From contig JAQTZW010000015.1 in the NCBI GenBank assembly GCA_028687575.1, positions 106 to 64,105 on the forward strand: a DNA stretch of 64,000 bases. The letters are read 5' to 3'. Position 1 is the first letter of the stretch, and every line of letters begins with the position of its first letter. A program made the position numbers and the translations under genes. The notes beneath the pieces were generated by a model that did not search any database, was not told the DNA's origin, and saw only the letters and a program-made list of their open reading frames with translations. This stretch comes from Gallionella sp. GTDB taxonomy: Bacteria > Pseudomonadota > Gammaproteobacteria > Burkholderiales > Gallionellaceae. Of the stretch, positions 10,284 to 21,333 are shown piece by piece.

Positions 10284-11059
10284 ATATGCAATTCCTCGAC
10301 AATTATCCGACCACCGAAGATATGTCAGGCGCATGGTGCAATTCCAGCGCCGCGACCTCCAGCATCATGGAGGCGGTGAGCTTTGTCACGCCCGTGCTGG
10401 AGAACTTCTTCATTCGCACCGTTTCCGAGGGGCTGGACAAGGCGCGCAATTCCGAACTCGACCAGCGCTGCCTGGCCTTCATCCACGAAGAATCCGGGCA
10501 TTCCCGCGCCCACAAACGCTTCAACCAGTCGCTGACCGGCTATCTGGGCGGCCTGCCGCCCGGCCTCACGCTGGTGGAAAAACTGCTGGATATCGCCAGA
10601 AATCGCCTGTCCCTGCCCAAACGCCTGCTGATCGCCTCGGCGCTGGAGCATTTTGCCGCCGTACTGTCCAAGTCCTACTTGAACGAGCAGCAGCGTCTGG
10701 AGATGCACTGCGACTTCGCGCGCGAACTGTTCTTACGCCATGCCGAAGAAGAGATCGCGCACCGCTCGGTAGTGTTCGACCTGTGGCTCAGCAAACGGAC
10801 TTCCGGCAGATTCTGGCGCATCGCCACCATGATGGCGATCCTGCTGACGGGATTCTTCTACCTGTCCATCGCCGTGCCGTGGATACTGCACCACAAACTG
10901 GGCTGCCGACTGTCCGCGACCCTGTCCGCGCTGACCGGGTTTGTATTTGGCAGTGGCCGCGACATGCAGGCCTACCTGCCGCTGACCGAGCTGTTCTGGT
11001 TCACCCGCCGCGATTTTCACCCCGACCGGCTGGTTGATGAGAGCCTGCCGGCAAAATAG
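10280..11059 (+). CDS. Ferritin-like diiron protein ('predicted metal-dependent hydrolase' family)
   Basis: PVLENFF...HEESGHSRAH...ALEHF...HAEEEIAHRSVVFD carboxylate/His ligand pattern; ATGA overlap. Confidence 0.8.
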   Translation: MNMQFLDNYPTTEDMSGAWCNSSAATSSIMEAVSFVTPVLENFFIRTVSEGLDKARNSELDQRCLAFIHEESGHSRAHKRFNQSLTGYLGGLPPGLTLVEKLLDIARNRLSLPKRLLIASALEHFAAVLSKSYLNEQQRLEMHCDFARELFLRHAEEEIAHRSVVFDLWLSKRTSGRFWRIATMMAILLTGFFYLSIAVPWILHHKLGCRLSATLSALTGFVFGSGRDMQAYLPLTELFWFTRRDFHPDRLVDESLPAK

Positions 11060-11133
11060 AATGCCGGGGTGCTCATCCCCGCAAACGCAAAGATTCACCC
11101 CATTTGGCAATTAAACTTATCCAAGGAGTCCGC

Positions 11134-11868
11134 ATGATCACCAAGAAAATCCTCATCGCCCTGTTCGGTCTGGCCAGTGCCGCCACGCTGATCAGTTGCA
11201 GCACCTCGCCTGCAACCAGCCAGTCCCAGGCTGCCGCCGCCCAGAGTGCTTCGTCTGCCGACCTGAAAGCGACCTATGACGGACTGGCCAAGGCCGGCGG
11301 CAAGGTCTACACGCTGGACCCAAAGACTTCCGCCGTGCGCATCTACGTGTTCCGTGGCGGCATGGCCACCAAGCTGGGCCACAACCACGTGCTGTCCGCA
11401 CCGCAATTTGACGGTTTCGTGCACATGCCACCCGGCATGGAATCGGATGCCCGCTTCGATCTGGCGTTCCGTTTCGACCAACTGGAGATAGACAACACCG
11501 AATACCGCTCCGGCCTCGGCAAGGCTTTCTCCACCGTGCTGAATCAGGCGGCGATTGACGGCACGCGCGACCACATGCTGGGCGAAGACAACATGCAGGC
11601 CGACCGCTACCCGACCATCCGCATCCATTCGGTGCAGATCACCGGCGAAGCGCCGCGACTGGCCGCCAAGGTGCAGGTCGAAATGCACGGTCAGACACGC
11701 GAAATGTGGGTGCCGCTGAGTGCCGATATCCAGCCCGACCACCTCACCGTGAGCGGCTCCTTCGTGCTGCGCCAGACCGATTTCGGCGCGCAGCCGTATT
11801 CCGTATTGGGCGGCCTGCTGGCCGTCAAGGACGAAGTCGTGATTGACTTCAAACTGTCCGGCAGCTGA
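11134..11868 (+). CDS. YceI-family lipoprotein
   Basis: Lipobox LISC; LGHNHV, LRQTDFGAQPYSVLGG; RBS AGGAG before ATG 11134. Confidence 0.85.
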   Translation: MITKKILIALFGLASAATLISCSTSPATSQSQAAAAQSASSADLKATYDGLAKAGGKVYTLDPKTSAVRIYVFRGGMATKLGHNHVLSAPQFDGFVHMPPGMESDARFDLAFRFDQLEIDNTEYRSGLGKAFSTVLNQAAIDGTRDHMLGEDNMQADRYPTIRIHSVQITGEAPRLAAKVQVEMHGQTREMWVPLSADIQPDHLTVSGSFVLRQTDFGAQPYSVLGGLLAVKDEVVIDFKLSGS

Positions 11869-11904
11869 ACTCCACCCCACTCATTGCGATAACCGGAGCC
11901 TGAT

Positions 11905-12456
11905 TTGAATACGCCATCCGCCACTTACACGTTCACCGCCATCCGCCTGCACTGGCTGATTTTCCTGCTAATCTTCGCGGCGTTCGCGCTGGGTCTGTAC
12001 ATGGAAGACCTGCCGCTGTCGCCGGACAAGCTCATCCTGTTCAACTACCACAAGTGGATGGGCATCACCGTACTGCTGCTGGCCGTGCTGCGGCTGATGT
12101 GGCGCCTGACCCACCGCCCGCCCGAACTCCCCGGCGCGATGGTGGGCTGGGAACGCTTCGCCGCCCATGCCATGCATTACCTGCTGTACGCGCTGATCTT
12201 CGCCGTGCCGCTGAGTGGCTGGCTAATGAGCTCGGCCAAGGGCTTCCAGACCGTCTGGTTCGGCGTGCTGCCGCTGCCCGACTTGGTCGGCAAGGACAAG
12301 GAACTCGGCAAGCAACTGGCCGAACTGCACGAGTTCGTCAACTACACCATGCTGGCGCTGGTAGTAGTGCACGTCGCCGCCGCGCTCAAGCACCACTTCA
12401 TCGTCAAGGACGACATCCTGACCCGCATGGTGCCGTTCCTGCGCAAAAAAGACTGA
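11905..12456 (+). CDS. Cytochrome b561 (YceJ/CybB type)
   Basis: IRLHWL, YHKWMG, RLMWR, AAHAMHYLLY, PLSGW, LHEF, HVAAALKHHF. Confidence 0.93.
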   Translation: MNTPSATYTFTAIRLHWLIFLLIFAAFALGLYMEDLPLSPDKLILFNYHKWMGITVLLLAVLRLMWRLTHRPPELPGAMVGWERFAAHAMHYLLYALIFAVPLSGWLMSSAKGFQTVWFGVLPLPDLVGKDKELGKQLAELHEFVNYTMLALVVVHVAAALKHHFIVKDDILTRMVPFLRKKD

Positions 12457-12473
12457 CCGCGTTCAGCCTGAAA

Positions 12474-12517
12474 AAACAGCCACCGCGAGGCGACTCCGGT
12501 GGCTGTTTTGTTTTTAT
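12474..12517 (+). terminator. Rho-independent terminator
   Basis: Stem AAACAGCCACCG / CGGTGGCTGTTT followed by a T-rich tail. Confidence 0.8.
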
Positions 12518-12539
12518 CCCAAATAATCCATTAGACCCG

Positions 12540-12632
12540 AACCCCTCCCATAGCCCCTCGCTACGCTCTCCCCTTGACAGGGGAGGAGCTGACTCGGCTC
12601 TCCCCCTGTCAAGGGGGAGTTGGAGGGGGTTT
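12540..12632. repeat. Two-armed palindromic repeat element (CCCCT-N4-AGGGG arms)
   Basis: CTCTCCCCTTGACAGGGGAGGAG and CTCCCCCTGTCAAGGGGGAG arms. The first 49 nt also occur, inverted, inside mutS. Confidence 0.8.
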
Positions 12633-12695
12633 AGATGCACACTCTGCGCAAATGAACAATCTGGGTTTATTGCTCCGGCATCTGCAAAGTAGCCT

Positions 12696-12779
12696 GTCAT
12701 ACCCGCGAAGGCGGGTATCCAGTGGTGCGCAATGCGCGCGGTTATTTACTGCTGGATTCCGGGTCAAGCCCGGAATGAC
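12696..12779. repeat. GTCAT-type inverted repeat doublet (RS3/REP-like)
   Basis: GTCATACCCGCGAAGGCGGGTATCCAG ... CTGGATTCCGGGTCAAGCCCGGAATGAC; a related half copy lies at 1765-1791. Confidence 0.85.
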
Positions 12780-12934
12780 GGAATGCGTCCCGGCTCACCA
12801 GGCCGCACCGCTTGAGAATGCCCGCGCGCCTGACGTGTCTGCGAAAGACCCTTTAGTTGGCAAGTGAATGCAGGTAGAGTGACGACCTCCCCCGCCCTGC
12901 TCTTACAGATGCCTACTGACCGGAGACGCGAAAA

Positions 12935-13180
12935 ATGAAATATCCCAAGATTAACGGCACCGAACTGTTTGGCTCGGCCACCCAGGATGGCTTTGTCGAA
13001 CTGGCCGGACTGGACAGCAACAGCGACCACAAAATCACCAGCCAGGATACCGCCTGGACCGAACTCAAGGTCTGGCAGGACAGCAACCAGGACGGCATCG
13101 CCCAGAGCGGCGAACGAATGCGATGGTGGGATGCGGTGAATGATGCGGACTATGGTCAGACGGAAGGGAGAGTCGCATGA
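12935..13180 (+). pseudogene. Fragment of an RTX/hemolysin-type Ca-binding protein
   Basis: INGTELFG...DGFVELAGLDSNSDHKITSQDTAWTELKVWQDSNQDGIAQSGE is an internal EF-hand-like segment of large secreted proteins; no N- or C-terminal context. Confidence 0.7.
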
Positions 13181-13938
13181 ACACTCCGACACTGTTGCAG
13201 CGAATCGTGAGACTGGGATTGATTCTGATGATGGGGGCGAGCATGAGTGCGTGTTCTGAAAGCTGGAAGGAAGAAGTGCTGTTGCATGACGGGAGCAAAC
13301 TGATTGTGGAGCGCATGGTTGATCGAGGCGGGCGACATGAAATCGGGCAGCAGTCACCGATCAAAGAACAAAGCTTAACTTTTACTCTGCCCGCAACAAA
13401 TGAGTTGGTCACGTGGAAAAGCGAGTTTAGTGCGGATGTCGGACTTGCCGACTTTCAGCCGTTGTTGCTGGATATATTTCAAGGGGCAGCTTACGTAGTG
13501 ACTACCCCTGTGGGATGCCAGTCTTACAACAAATGGGGTAGGCCCAATCCGCCATATGTTGTTTTCAAATATCAAGACAAAGTGTGGAATCGAATCACTC
13601 TGCAAGAGTTGCCCGCTGAGATTAAAGCGCCAAATATTATTTTCGGATCACCTGATAACCATGTGGAAAAACTTGGTACGAAGTTTGTGACGGCAGAAAC
13701 GGTACAGGAAATCAACAGCAGCCTTCGTCAACCCGAATACAAAACCATCCTGCGTGAGGAAATTGAAAATGCGGGTGGTGAGAGATGCAGTGAAATGATT
13801 CGCGCTAATGATGGCTGGGAAGGGTTGGGATTCTTTAAGCTCCAAGCTTCCTACGAGGCCTGCCTTAAGTATTGTGATCGAAAAGGTGTGAACCAACAGA
13901 ATTGTCCATGCAGCAAATTATTTAAGGGAGAAAAATAA
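13177..13938 (+). CDS. Lipoprotein of unknown function (candidate effector-associated/immunity protein)
   Basis: Lipobox MSAC; WKEEVLLHDGSKLIVER; Cys-rich C-terminus; visibly more AT-rich than flanks. Confidence 0.8.
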   Translation: MNTPTLLQRIVRLGLILMMGASMSACSESWKEEVLLHDGSKLIVERMVDRGGRHEIGQQSPIKEQSLTFTLPATNELVTWKSEFSADVGLADFQPLLLDIFQGAAYVVTTPVGCQSYNKWGRPNPPYVVFKYQDKVWNRITLQELPAEIKAPNIIFGSPDNHVEKLGTKFVTAETVQEINSSLRQPEYKTILREEIENAGGERCSEMIRANDGWEGLGFFKLQASYEACLKYCDRKGVNQQNCPCSKLFKGEK

Positions 13939-14156
13939 TGGCTACCGCAATCGAATACGCATTGATGGCTGGTGCTTCATACATTTCCACTCGTTCCGAC
14001 TCCAACAAATTCCCAGCTCCACAAGGTTGGATTGAAAATGTGGAGTTGCGAAAAAATGACCCAGTCAGCGGCTTTGAGCCAGGTAGGGCGGGTAAAACCC
14101 GCCATGACCCGGCTTCAAAACCCCAATGGGTTAAATCTCACAGCGTTAGCGGGTAG
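13938..14156 (+). pseudogene. Truncated N-terminus of a secreted lipase/RTX-like protein
   Basis: MATAIEYALMAGASYIS...PQGW...SGFE is coupled to the lipoprotein stop (TAATG). The frame runs into a REP at 14083. Confidence 0.6.
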
Positions 14157-14194
14157 CTGAATGAAGGTAGAGCGGCGGGTATGACCCGCCCTAC
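14083..14194. repeat. Inverted doublet of GTAG-family REPs (REPIN-like)
   Basis: GTAGGGCGGGTAAAACCCGCC ... GGCGGGTATGACCCGCCCTAC. Confidence 0.88.
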
Positions 14195-15036
14195 CACTGC
14201 TGCTCGCGCTCAGATTCCTTGTTATTACCGCGCCCTTCGGCCATGAATTCGGGCGAGAACCTGGCAAACTTTTCCGACACATCGCCGATGCGTGGTTGCG
14301 CGGGAGAGATGCGCAATTCATCGTGCTGCCGCAGTTTCTCAAGTTCCGACAGGCAGAGATGGATGAACACCAGCCCGGCGTAGGTCGGGGCGATGAGGTT
14401 GAGCAGCGGTACGAACTGCATGGCTCCGGTGAGCGCGCCCAGCAGGTAGAGTTTGCCGGATGAGGCGGCGACGATGTGCCGGAATTCCTCCGGGCTGGCG
14501 TGTTCGGCCAGCGCGTCAAAACGGAACAGGCGCTGGTTGAGGTAGGCGGCAAGCAGCACCGGCAGCACCACGGTGAACGGCGAGAACAGCCACAGCGGCA
14601 ACGCCAGCAGCCAGCCGCCGCAATAGACGGCTACCGCCAGCAGCGCGTTGTAAAAGCTGCCCGCCGCGCTGCCGCCCTGTTTGCGCTGCAAGCCGGGATA
14701 GCGCGCCGCCGCGACCAGATTGACCATCTGCGGCATGACGAACAGGGCGGTGAGCGCCAGTGCGGTGAGGTAGATCAGCGGCAGCAGCAAGGCCAGCAAC
14801 AGGAAAGATACGAGGTAGTGGGAGATGACGGCCAGCACGCCGGCGGCGACCCATTGCTCAAGCGGCGCGCGCTGCACCAGCACCGCGAGCTGCGCCACCC
14901 AGTCCGCCCAGAAGACTATCGCCAGCCCCGTCCAGAACGCCGCCGACAGCAGCATCGGCCACAGTATCAGCACCAGCATGCGCGGCTGGAACAGCGACTT
15001 CAGCGCATTGAGCAGAGCGGAGAGGATGCCGGTCAC
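14191..15036 (-). CDS. EI24/CysZ-like membrane protein
   Basis: Multi-TM; AYLNQRLFRFDALAEHA, QFVPLLNLIAP. Its stop codon lies inside the REP. Confidence 0.8.
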   Translation of the reverse strand: MTGILSALLNALKSLFQPRMLVLILWPMLLSAAFWTGLAIVFWADWVAQLAVLVQRAPLEQWVAAGVLAVISHYLVSFLLLALLLPLIYLTALALTALFVMPQMVNLVAAARYPGLQRKQGGSAAGSFYNALLAVAVYCGGWLLALPLWLFSPFTVVLPVLLAAYLNQRLFRFDALAEHASPEEFRHIVAASSGKLYLLGALTGAMQFVPLLNLIAPTYAGLVFIHLCLSELEKLRQHDELRISPAQPRIGDVSEKFARFSPEFMAEGRGNNKESEREQQW

Positions 15037-15063
15037 GGAGCTGTCAGTGCCGCCGGAACGCCG

Positions 15064-15570
15064 TCAGCGGCCATTGCGCAGCGCGATGAACAGCGCCCAG
15101 CCGCCCAGCGCCAGATAGCAGAGCAGCGACCACTCGGGGATGCCCAGGGTCAGGAAGGTCCAGCCTTTGGCGGCGCATTCGCCGGAGCCGTGCATCAACT
15201 CCTTGAGCACCTTGGCCATCGGCATGGTCTCCAGCATGTAGTCCAGGCCGGGGCCGCAGGCCGGCACCTGGTCGGGCGGCAGATGCTGTATCCAGATGTG
15301 GCGCGCGGCGACACCGACACCGGACAGCGACAACAGGCCGATCACCAGCGCGTACAGCCACTGGCCGACGCGTTGCGGGCCGTGCAGCGCGGCTACCGCA
15401 AACAGCGCCAGTATCGCGATGAAGACCACCCGCTGCACCATGCATAACGGACAGGGTTCCTGATGCTTGACGTATTGCAGGTAGAGGCCGAAGCCCATCA
15501 GGCCACTGGCGTAGAGCGCACCGGCCAGATATAGCCAGCGGCTGGAAATCCCTTTCATGAGTTTCACCAT
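15064..15570 (-). CDS. dsbB: Disulfide bond formation protein B
   Basis: EPCPLCMVQR, VPACGPGLDY, GSGECA, GIPEWSL. Confidence 0.96.
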   Translation of the reverse strand: MVKLMKGISSRWLYLAGALYASGLMGFGLYLQYVKHQEPCPLCMVQRVVFIAILALFAVAALHGPQRVGQWLYALVIGLLSLSGVGVAARHIWIQHLPPDQVPACGPGLDYMLETMPMAKVLKELMHGSGECAAKGWTFLTLGIPEWSLLCYLALGGWALFIALRNGR

Positions 15571-15571
15571 G

Positions 15572-15766
15572 TCAGGCCACCTCATCCATCCACGCCGCCT
15601 GAATGGCTTCCAGCACCCGCTCGCCGCCCCGGCTGTGGTCGTCGTCGAAACCCGGCAGGTCAACCACCCAGTTGTGCAGGTCCACGAAACGCACGCTGCG
15701 CGGGTCTATCTCGGGATGCCGTTCGCTCAATTCGATGGCGATGTCGTTTACGTCCACCCATTTCAT
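15572..15766 (-). CDS. iscX: Fe-S assembly protein IscX
   Basis: MKWVDVNDIAIEL...VRFVDLHNWV...VLEAIQAAW; follows fdx. Confidence 0.95.
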   Translation of the reverse strand: MKWVDVNDIAIELSERHPEIDPRSVRFVDLHNWVVDLPGFDDDHSRGGERVLEAIQAAWMDEVA

Positions 15767-15770
15767 GCGC

Positions 15771-16102
15771 TCACTCCTTGACCATGTTGATGGTGTATTT
15801 GGGGATCTCCACCACCAGATCCTTGTCGGCCACCACCGCCTGGCAGGACAAGCGCGATGTCGGCTCCAGCCCCCATGCCTTGTCCAGCAGGTCTTCCTCC
15901 AGCTCTTCCGCCGGAGCCAGAGTATTAAACCCCTCGCGCAACACCACGTGGCAGGTAGTGCAGGCTGCCGATTTTTCGCAGGCATGTTCGATCTCGATGC
16001 CGTTTTGCAACAGCGCATCGCAGATAGACACGCCGGGTTCGGCGTTGAACAACTTGCCCTCCGGGCATAGCTCCTCATGCGGCAACACGATGATTTGCGT
16101 CA

Positions 16103-16103
<1 letters not shown>
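15771..16103 (-). CDS. fdx: ISC-system [2Fe-2S] ferredoxin
   Basis: HACEKSAACTTCH...SRLSCQ, EIPKYTINM. Confidence 0.97.
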
Positions 16104-17971
<1,868 letters not shown>

Positions 17972-18042
17972 GTTCTGAATTTAAGGAGTAAGCGATAAAG
18001 CGGGAACGACTGAAGGCGTTTCAGCGCCTGCCGCCCCGTTCA

Positions 18043-18585
18043 TCAGCTATCAATTTCGTCGTATGCGGAATGAAGCTCTTCCGCGAGTTTTTCCATGAAA
18101 CGCAGCTTGCGCACCAGTCCGGCTGCGGCAGCGTAATCCTGCTCGGTGTCAATTTTAACCGCAAGTTGCGCTTCGAGCTGACGAGTTTCGGCTTTCATGT
18201 GCGCTTCCAGTCCCTCCAGCGCCCCGATGTCCCGCTCCGACACGGCCGCCTCCACCGCCTCGCGCAATTCCATCTGCGCCATCAGGAAATCCACCGGCAT
18301 CGCGGTGTTGGTCTCTTCCTGGGTATCCACGCCGTGCAGCGACACCAGATAGCGGGCGCGGCGCAACGGACTTTTCAGGGTCTGATAGGCCTCGTTCACC
18401 CGGGTGGATTGCTGCATCGCGATGCGCTGGGCAGACTCGCCCAGTTGCGCAGCCTTGTCCGGGTGCACCTCGGATTGCAACGCGCGGTAGCGCGACTCCA
18501 GTGCTGCACTGTCGAGCCGAAAGGATTGCTCAAAGCCGAACAGCTGGAAGTGATTCTGCTGGAAATCGAAACCGGAAGACTGCAT
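18043..18585 (-). CDS. hscB: Co-chaperone HscB
   Basis: J-domain HPD, NEAYQTLKSPLRRARYL, KLRFMEKL; start overlaps the iscA stop. Confidence 0.96.
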   Translation of the reverse strand: MQSSGFDFQQNHFQLFGFEQSFRLDSAALESRYRALQSEVHPDKAAQLGESAQRIAMQQSTRVNEAYQTLKSPLRRARYLVSLHGVDTQEETNTAMPVDFLMAQMELREAVEAAVSERDIGALEGLEAHMKAETRQLEAQLAVKIDTEQDYAAAAGLVRKLRFMEKLAEELHSAYDEIDS

Positions 18586-18908
18586 CAAACCTGAAAACTT
18601 TCGCCGCAACCGCACGCGTTCTTGACGTTGGGATTGTTGAACTTGAATCCCTCGTTCAACCCCTCGCGGGTGTAGTCGAGTTCCATGCCGTCTATGTAGG
18701 GCAGGCTCTTGCTGTCCACCAGCAGCGTCACACCGTGGCTGACGAATTGCAAATCGTCGTCGGCCACCGCATCGGCGAACTCAAGTTTATAGGCCATGCC
18801 CGAACAACCGCTGGTGCGCACGCCGATGCGCAGCCCGACACCCTTGCCGCGCCTGGTGATGAAGTTTTGCACGTGCCTGGCTGCCGATTCGCTCAAAGTG
18901 ATACTCAT
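18585..18908 (-). CDS. iscA: Fe-S assembly protein IscA
   Basis: [26 protein letters not shown]. Confidence 0.98.
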   Translation of the reverse strand: MSITLSESAARHVQNFITRRGKGVGLRIGVRTSGCSGMAYKLEFADAVADDDLQFVSHGVTLLVDSKSLPYIDGMELDYTREGLNEGFKFNNPNVKNACGCGESFQV

Positions 18909-18926
18909 ATCCGCGCTCCCCGCCGC

Positions 18927-19343
18927 CTAGCGATTGCCATTGCAGGCAGCCGTTTCCACCTTTTCGCCGTGCTTGGCCTTGTAGTCGGCCACCGCTGCCT
19001 TGATGGCATCCTCCGCCAGAATGGAGCAGTGGATCTTGACCGGCGGCAACGCCAGTTCTTCGGCGATCTGGGTATTCTTGATTTCCAGCGCCTGTTCCAC
19101 CGTCTTGCCCTTGACCCACTCGGTCACCAGCGAACTGGAGGCAATCGCCGAGCCGCAGCCGTAGGTCTTGAACTTGGCATCCTCGATCACGCCGTCGCGC
19201 CCCACCTTGATTTGCAACTTCATCACGTCGCCGCACGCCGGTGCCCCAACCATGCCTGTGCCGACTTCGCCGTCGTCTTTATCCATCGAACCCACGTTGC
19301 GCGGATTTTCGTAGTGATCCAGTAATTTGTCGCTGTATGCCAT
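18927..19343 (-). CDS. iscU: Fe-S scaffold IscU
   Basis: DHYENPRNVG, APACGD, GCGSAIASSS, LPPVKIHC. Confidence 0.99.
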   Translation of the reverse strand: MAYSDKLLDHYENPRNVGSMDKDDGEVGTGMVGAPACGDVMKLQIKVGRDGVIEDAKFKTYGCGSAIASSSLVTEWVKGKTVEQALEIKNTQIAEELALPPVKIHCSILAEDAIKAAVADYKAKHGEKVETAACNGNR

Positions 19344-19365
19344 TTTTTGCTCCTTATCAGTCGCA

Positions 19366-19476
19366 GTGAAAGGTGAAACTTAATGCGTGAAAGGTGAAAC
19401 GTGAAAGGTGATGCCTACCCGGCGCTACGCGCCGCCCTCCCTTCCGGGAGGGTACGTTTCACTTTTCACTTTTCAC
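19366..19476. repeat. Heptamer-armed miniature inverted repeat between iscS and iscU
   Basis: Tandem GTGAAA(G/C) units on the left, inverted (G/T)TTTCAC x3 on the right, enclosing GGCGCTACGCGCC and the hairpin CCCTCCC-TTCC-GGGAGGG. Confidence 0.75.
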
Positions 19477-19481
19477 ATCCC

Positions 19482-20690
19482 TTAATGTGCCGCCCACTGC
19501 ACGGTATTCAAATCAACGCCGTCCTTGTACATTTCCCACAAGGGCGACAGGTCACGCAACTTGCCTATCTTTTGCTTGAGCAGTGCGATGACGTAATCCA
19601 CTTCTTCCTCAGTAGTGAAACGCCCGACGCTGAAGCGTATCGAACTGTGTGCCAGTTCGTCGCTGCGGCCCAAGGCGCGCAACACATAGGAAGGCTCCAG
19701 GCTGGCCGAGGTACAGGCCGAACCGCTGGACACCGCGACATCCTTGATCGCCATGATCAGCGATTCGCCCTCGACGAAGTTGAAGCTGAGGTTGAGGTTG
19801 TGCGGCACGCGGCGCGTCATGTCGCCATTGATGTGCACCTCTTCCATTTCCATCAGGCCTGCCAGCAGGCGGTCGCGCAACTTGCCCACGCGCACATTTT
19901 CTTCGGCCATTTCTTCCCGTGCGATGCGGAACGCCTCGCCCATGCCGACGATCTGGTGCGTGGCCAGCGTGCCGGAGCGGAAACCGCGCTCGTGGCCGCC
20001 GCCGTGCATCTGCGCTTCCAGCCGCACGCGCGGCTTGCGCCTCACATACAGCGCGCCTATGCCCTTGGGGCCGTAGGTCTTGTGTGCCGAAAACGACATC
20101 AGGTCAACCTTGAGCTTTTGCAGGTCTATCTCCACCTTTCCGGTCGCTTGAGCCGCATCCACGTGCAGCAGGATACCCCGCTCGCGGCAGATGTCGCCCA
20201 GTGCGACGATGTCCTGAATCACGCCGATCTCATTGTTCACCAGCATCACCGACACCAGTATCGTGTCGGGACGCAAGGCAGCCTTAAACTTTTCAATATC
20301 GAGCAAACCGCTCGGCTCCGGATCAAGATAGGTTGCATCGAAACCCTGACGCTCGAGTTCGCGCACGGTGTCCAGCACCGCCTTGTGCTCGATGCGCATG
20401 GTGATGATGTGGCGGCCCTTGCCCTTGTAGAAGTGTGCCGCACCCTTGATGGCGAGGTTGTTGGACTCGGTCGCACCCGAGGTCCAGACGATCTCCTTGG
20501 GGTCGGCATTGACCAGTGCAGCAACCTCTGCGCGCGCATTCTCCACGGCCTCGTCGGCCTCCCAGCCAAAGGCATGGGAACGGCTGGCCGGATTGCCAAA
20601 TTTCTCGCACAAATAAGGAATCATCTTTTCAGCCACGCGCGGATCAACCGGCGTGGTTGCAGAATAATCCATGTAAATCGGTAATTTCAT
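19482..20690 (-). CDS. iscS: Cysteine desulfurase IscS
   Basis: [51 protein letters not shown]. Confidence 0.99.
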   Translation of the reverse strand: MKLPIYMDYSATTPVDPRVAEKMIPYLCEKFGNPASRSHAFGWEADEAVENARAEVAALVNADPKEIVWTSGATESNNLAIKGAAHFYKGKGRHIITMRIEHKAVLDTVRELERQGFDATYLDPEPSGLLDIEKFKAALRPDTILVSVMLVNNEIGVIQDIVALGDICRERGILLHVDAAQATGKVEIDLQKLKVDLMSFSAHKTYGPKGIGALYVRRKPRVRLEAQMHGGGHERGFRSGTLATHQIVGMGEAFRIAREEMAEENVRVGKLRDRLLAGLMEMEEVHINGDMTRRVPHNLNLSFNFVEGESLIMAIKDVAVSSGSACTSASLEPSYVLRALGRSDELAHSSIRFSVGRFTTEEEVDYVIALLKQKIGKLRDLSPLWEMYKDGVDLNTVQWAAH

Positions 20691-20736
20691 TGCCATTTCT
20701 ACTTTCCTGTTGGACAAATGCTGTGCATATGCCAGT

Positions 20737-21192
20737 TCAATTTCCCATTCTTTGACTCAATTTAATTGCAGTCGGTGCCGTGCCCGATTTCAACTGTCCC
20801 TCTATCAACTGCTGCAAGGAGATGACCGACAGATACTGGAAAATGTTTTCGTTCAACCCCTGCCACAGGTGATGCGTCAAACAGGGCTGCCCATCCTTGC
20901 AATTCCCACGCTCAGCACAATGCGTCGCATCCAGCGGCTCATCGACCGCCACCACAATCTCTGCGATGTTGATCTTGGGTGCCACCCGTGCCAAATAGTA
21001 GCCGCCACCGGGGCCGCGTACACTTTCCACCAGATTATTGCGACGCAGCTTGCCAAACAGCTGCTCAAGATACGACAAGGAAATCTTCTGCCTGTCACTG
21101 ATAGATGACAGCGTCACCGGTCCCTTGCCGCTGTGCAGCGCCAAATCAACCATCGCCGTTACGGCAAACCGCCCTTTGGTAGTCAATCGCAT
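20737..21192 (-). CDS. iscR: Fe-S cluster regulator IscR
   Basis: [23 protein letters not shown], three Cys (CAERGNC...CLTHHLW). Confidence 0.97.
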   Translation of the reverse strand: MRLTTKGRFAVTAMVDLALHSGKGPVTLSSISDRQKISLSYLEQLFGKLRRNNLVESVRGPGGGYYLARVAPKINIAEIVVAVDEPLDATHCAERGNCKDGQPCLTHHLWQGLNENIFQYLSVISLQQLIEGQLKSGTAPTAIKLSQRMGN

Positions 21193-21305
21193 TTTGTTCC
21201 TTGCAAATCATAATGGTTATATAATGCGACCCGCTCCAGCATAGCCAAACGTTCGCGTTAAGAATGAGTCCAGAGCTACACCCCAAACCCAATGGTGACA
21301 AGAAT

Positions 21306-21333
21306 ATAGTTTCCGACTGTTTTAGTCAACTAT
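21306..21333 (-). promoter_or_regulatory. Candidate IscR type-1 operator overlapping the cysE stop codon
   Basis: Minus strand reads ATAGTTGACTAAAACAGTCGGAAACTAT, resembling the ATASYYGACT-N5-AGTCRR IscR motif; about 115 bp upstream of iscR. Confidence 0.7.

Noticed and set aside
19366-19476. Possible CRISPR array
   Set aside because: The units are 7-bp tandem repeats with no spacers, and there are no cas genes.
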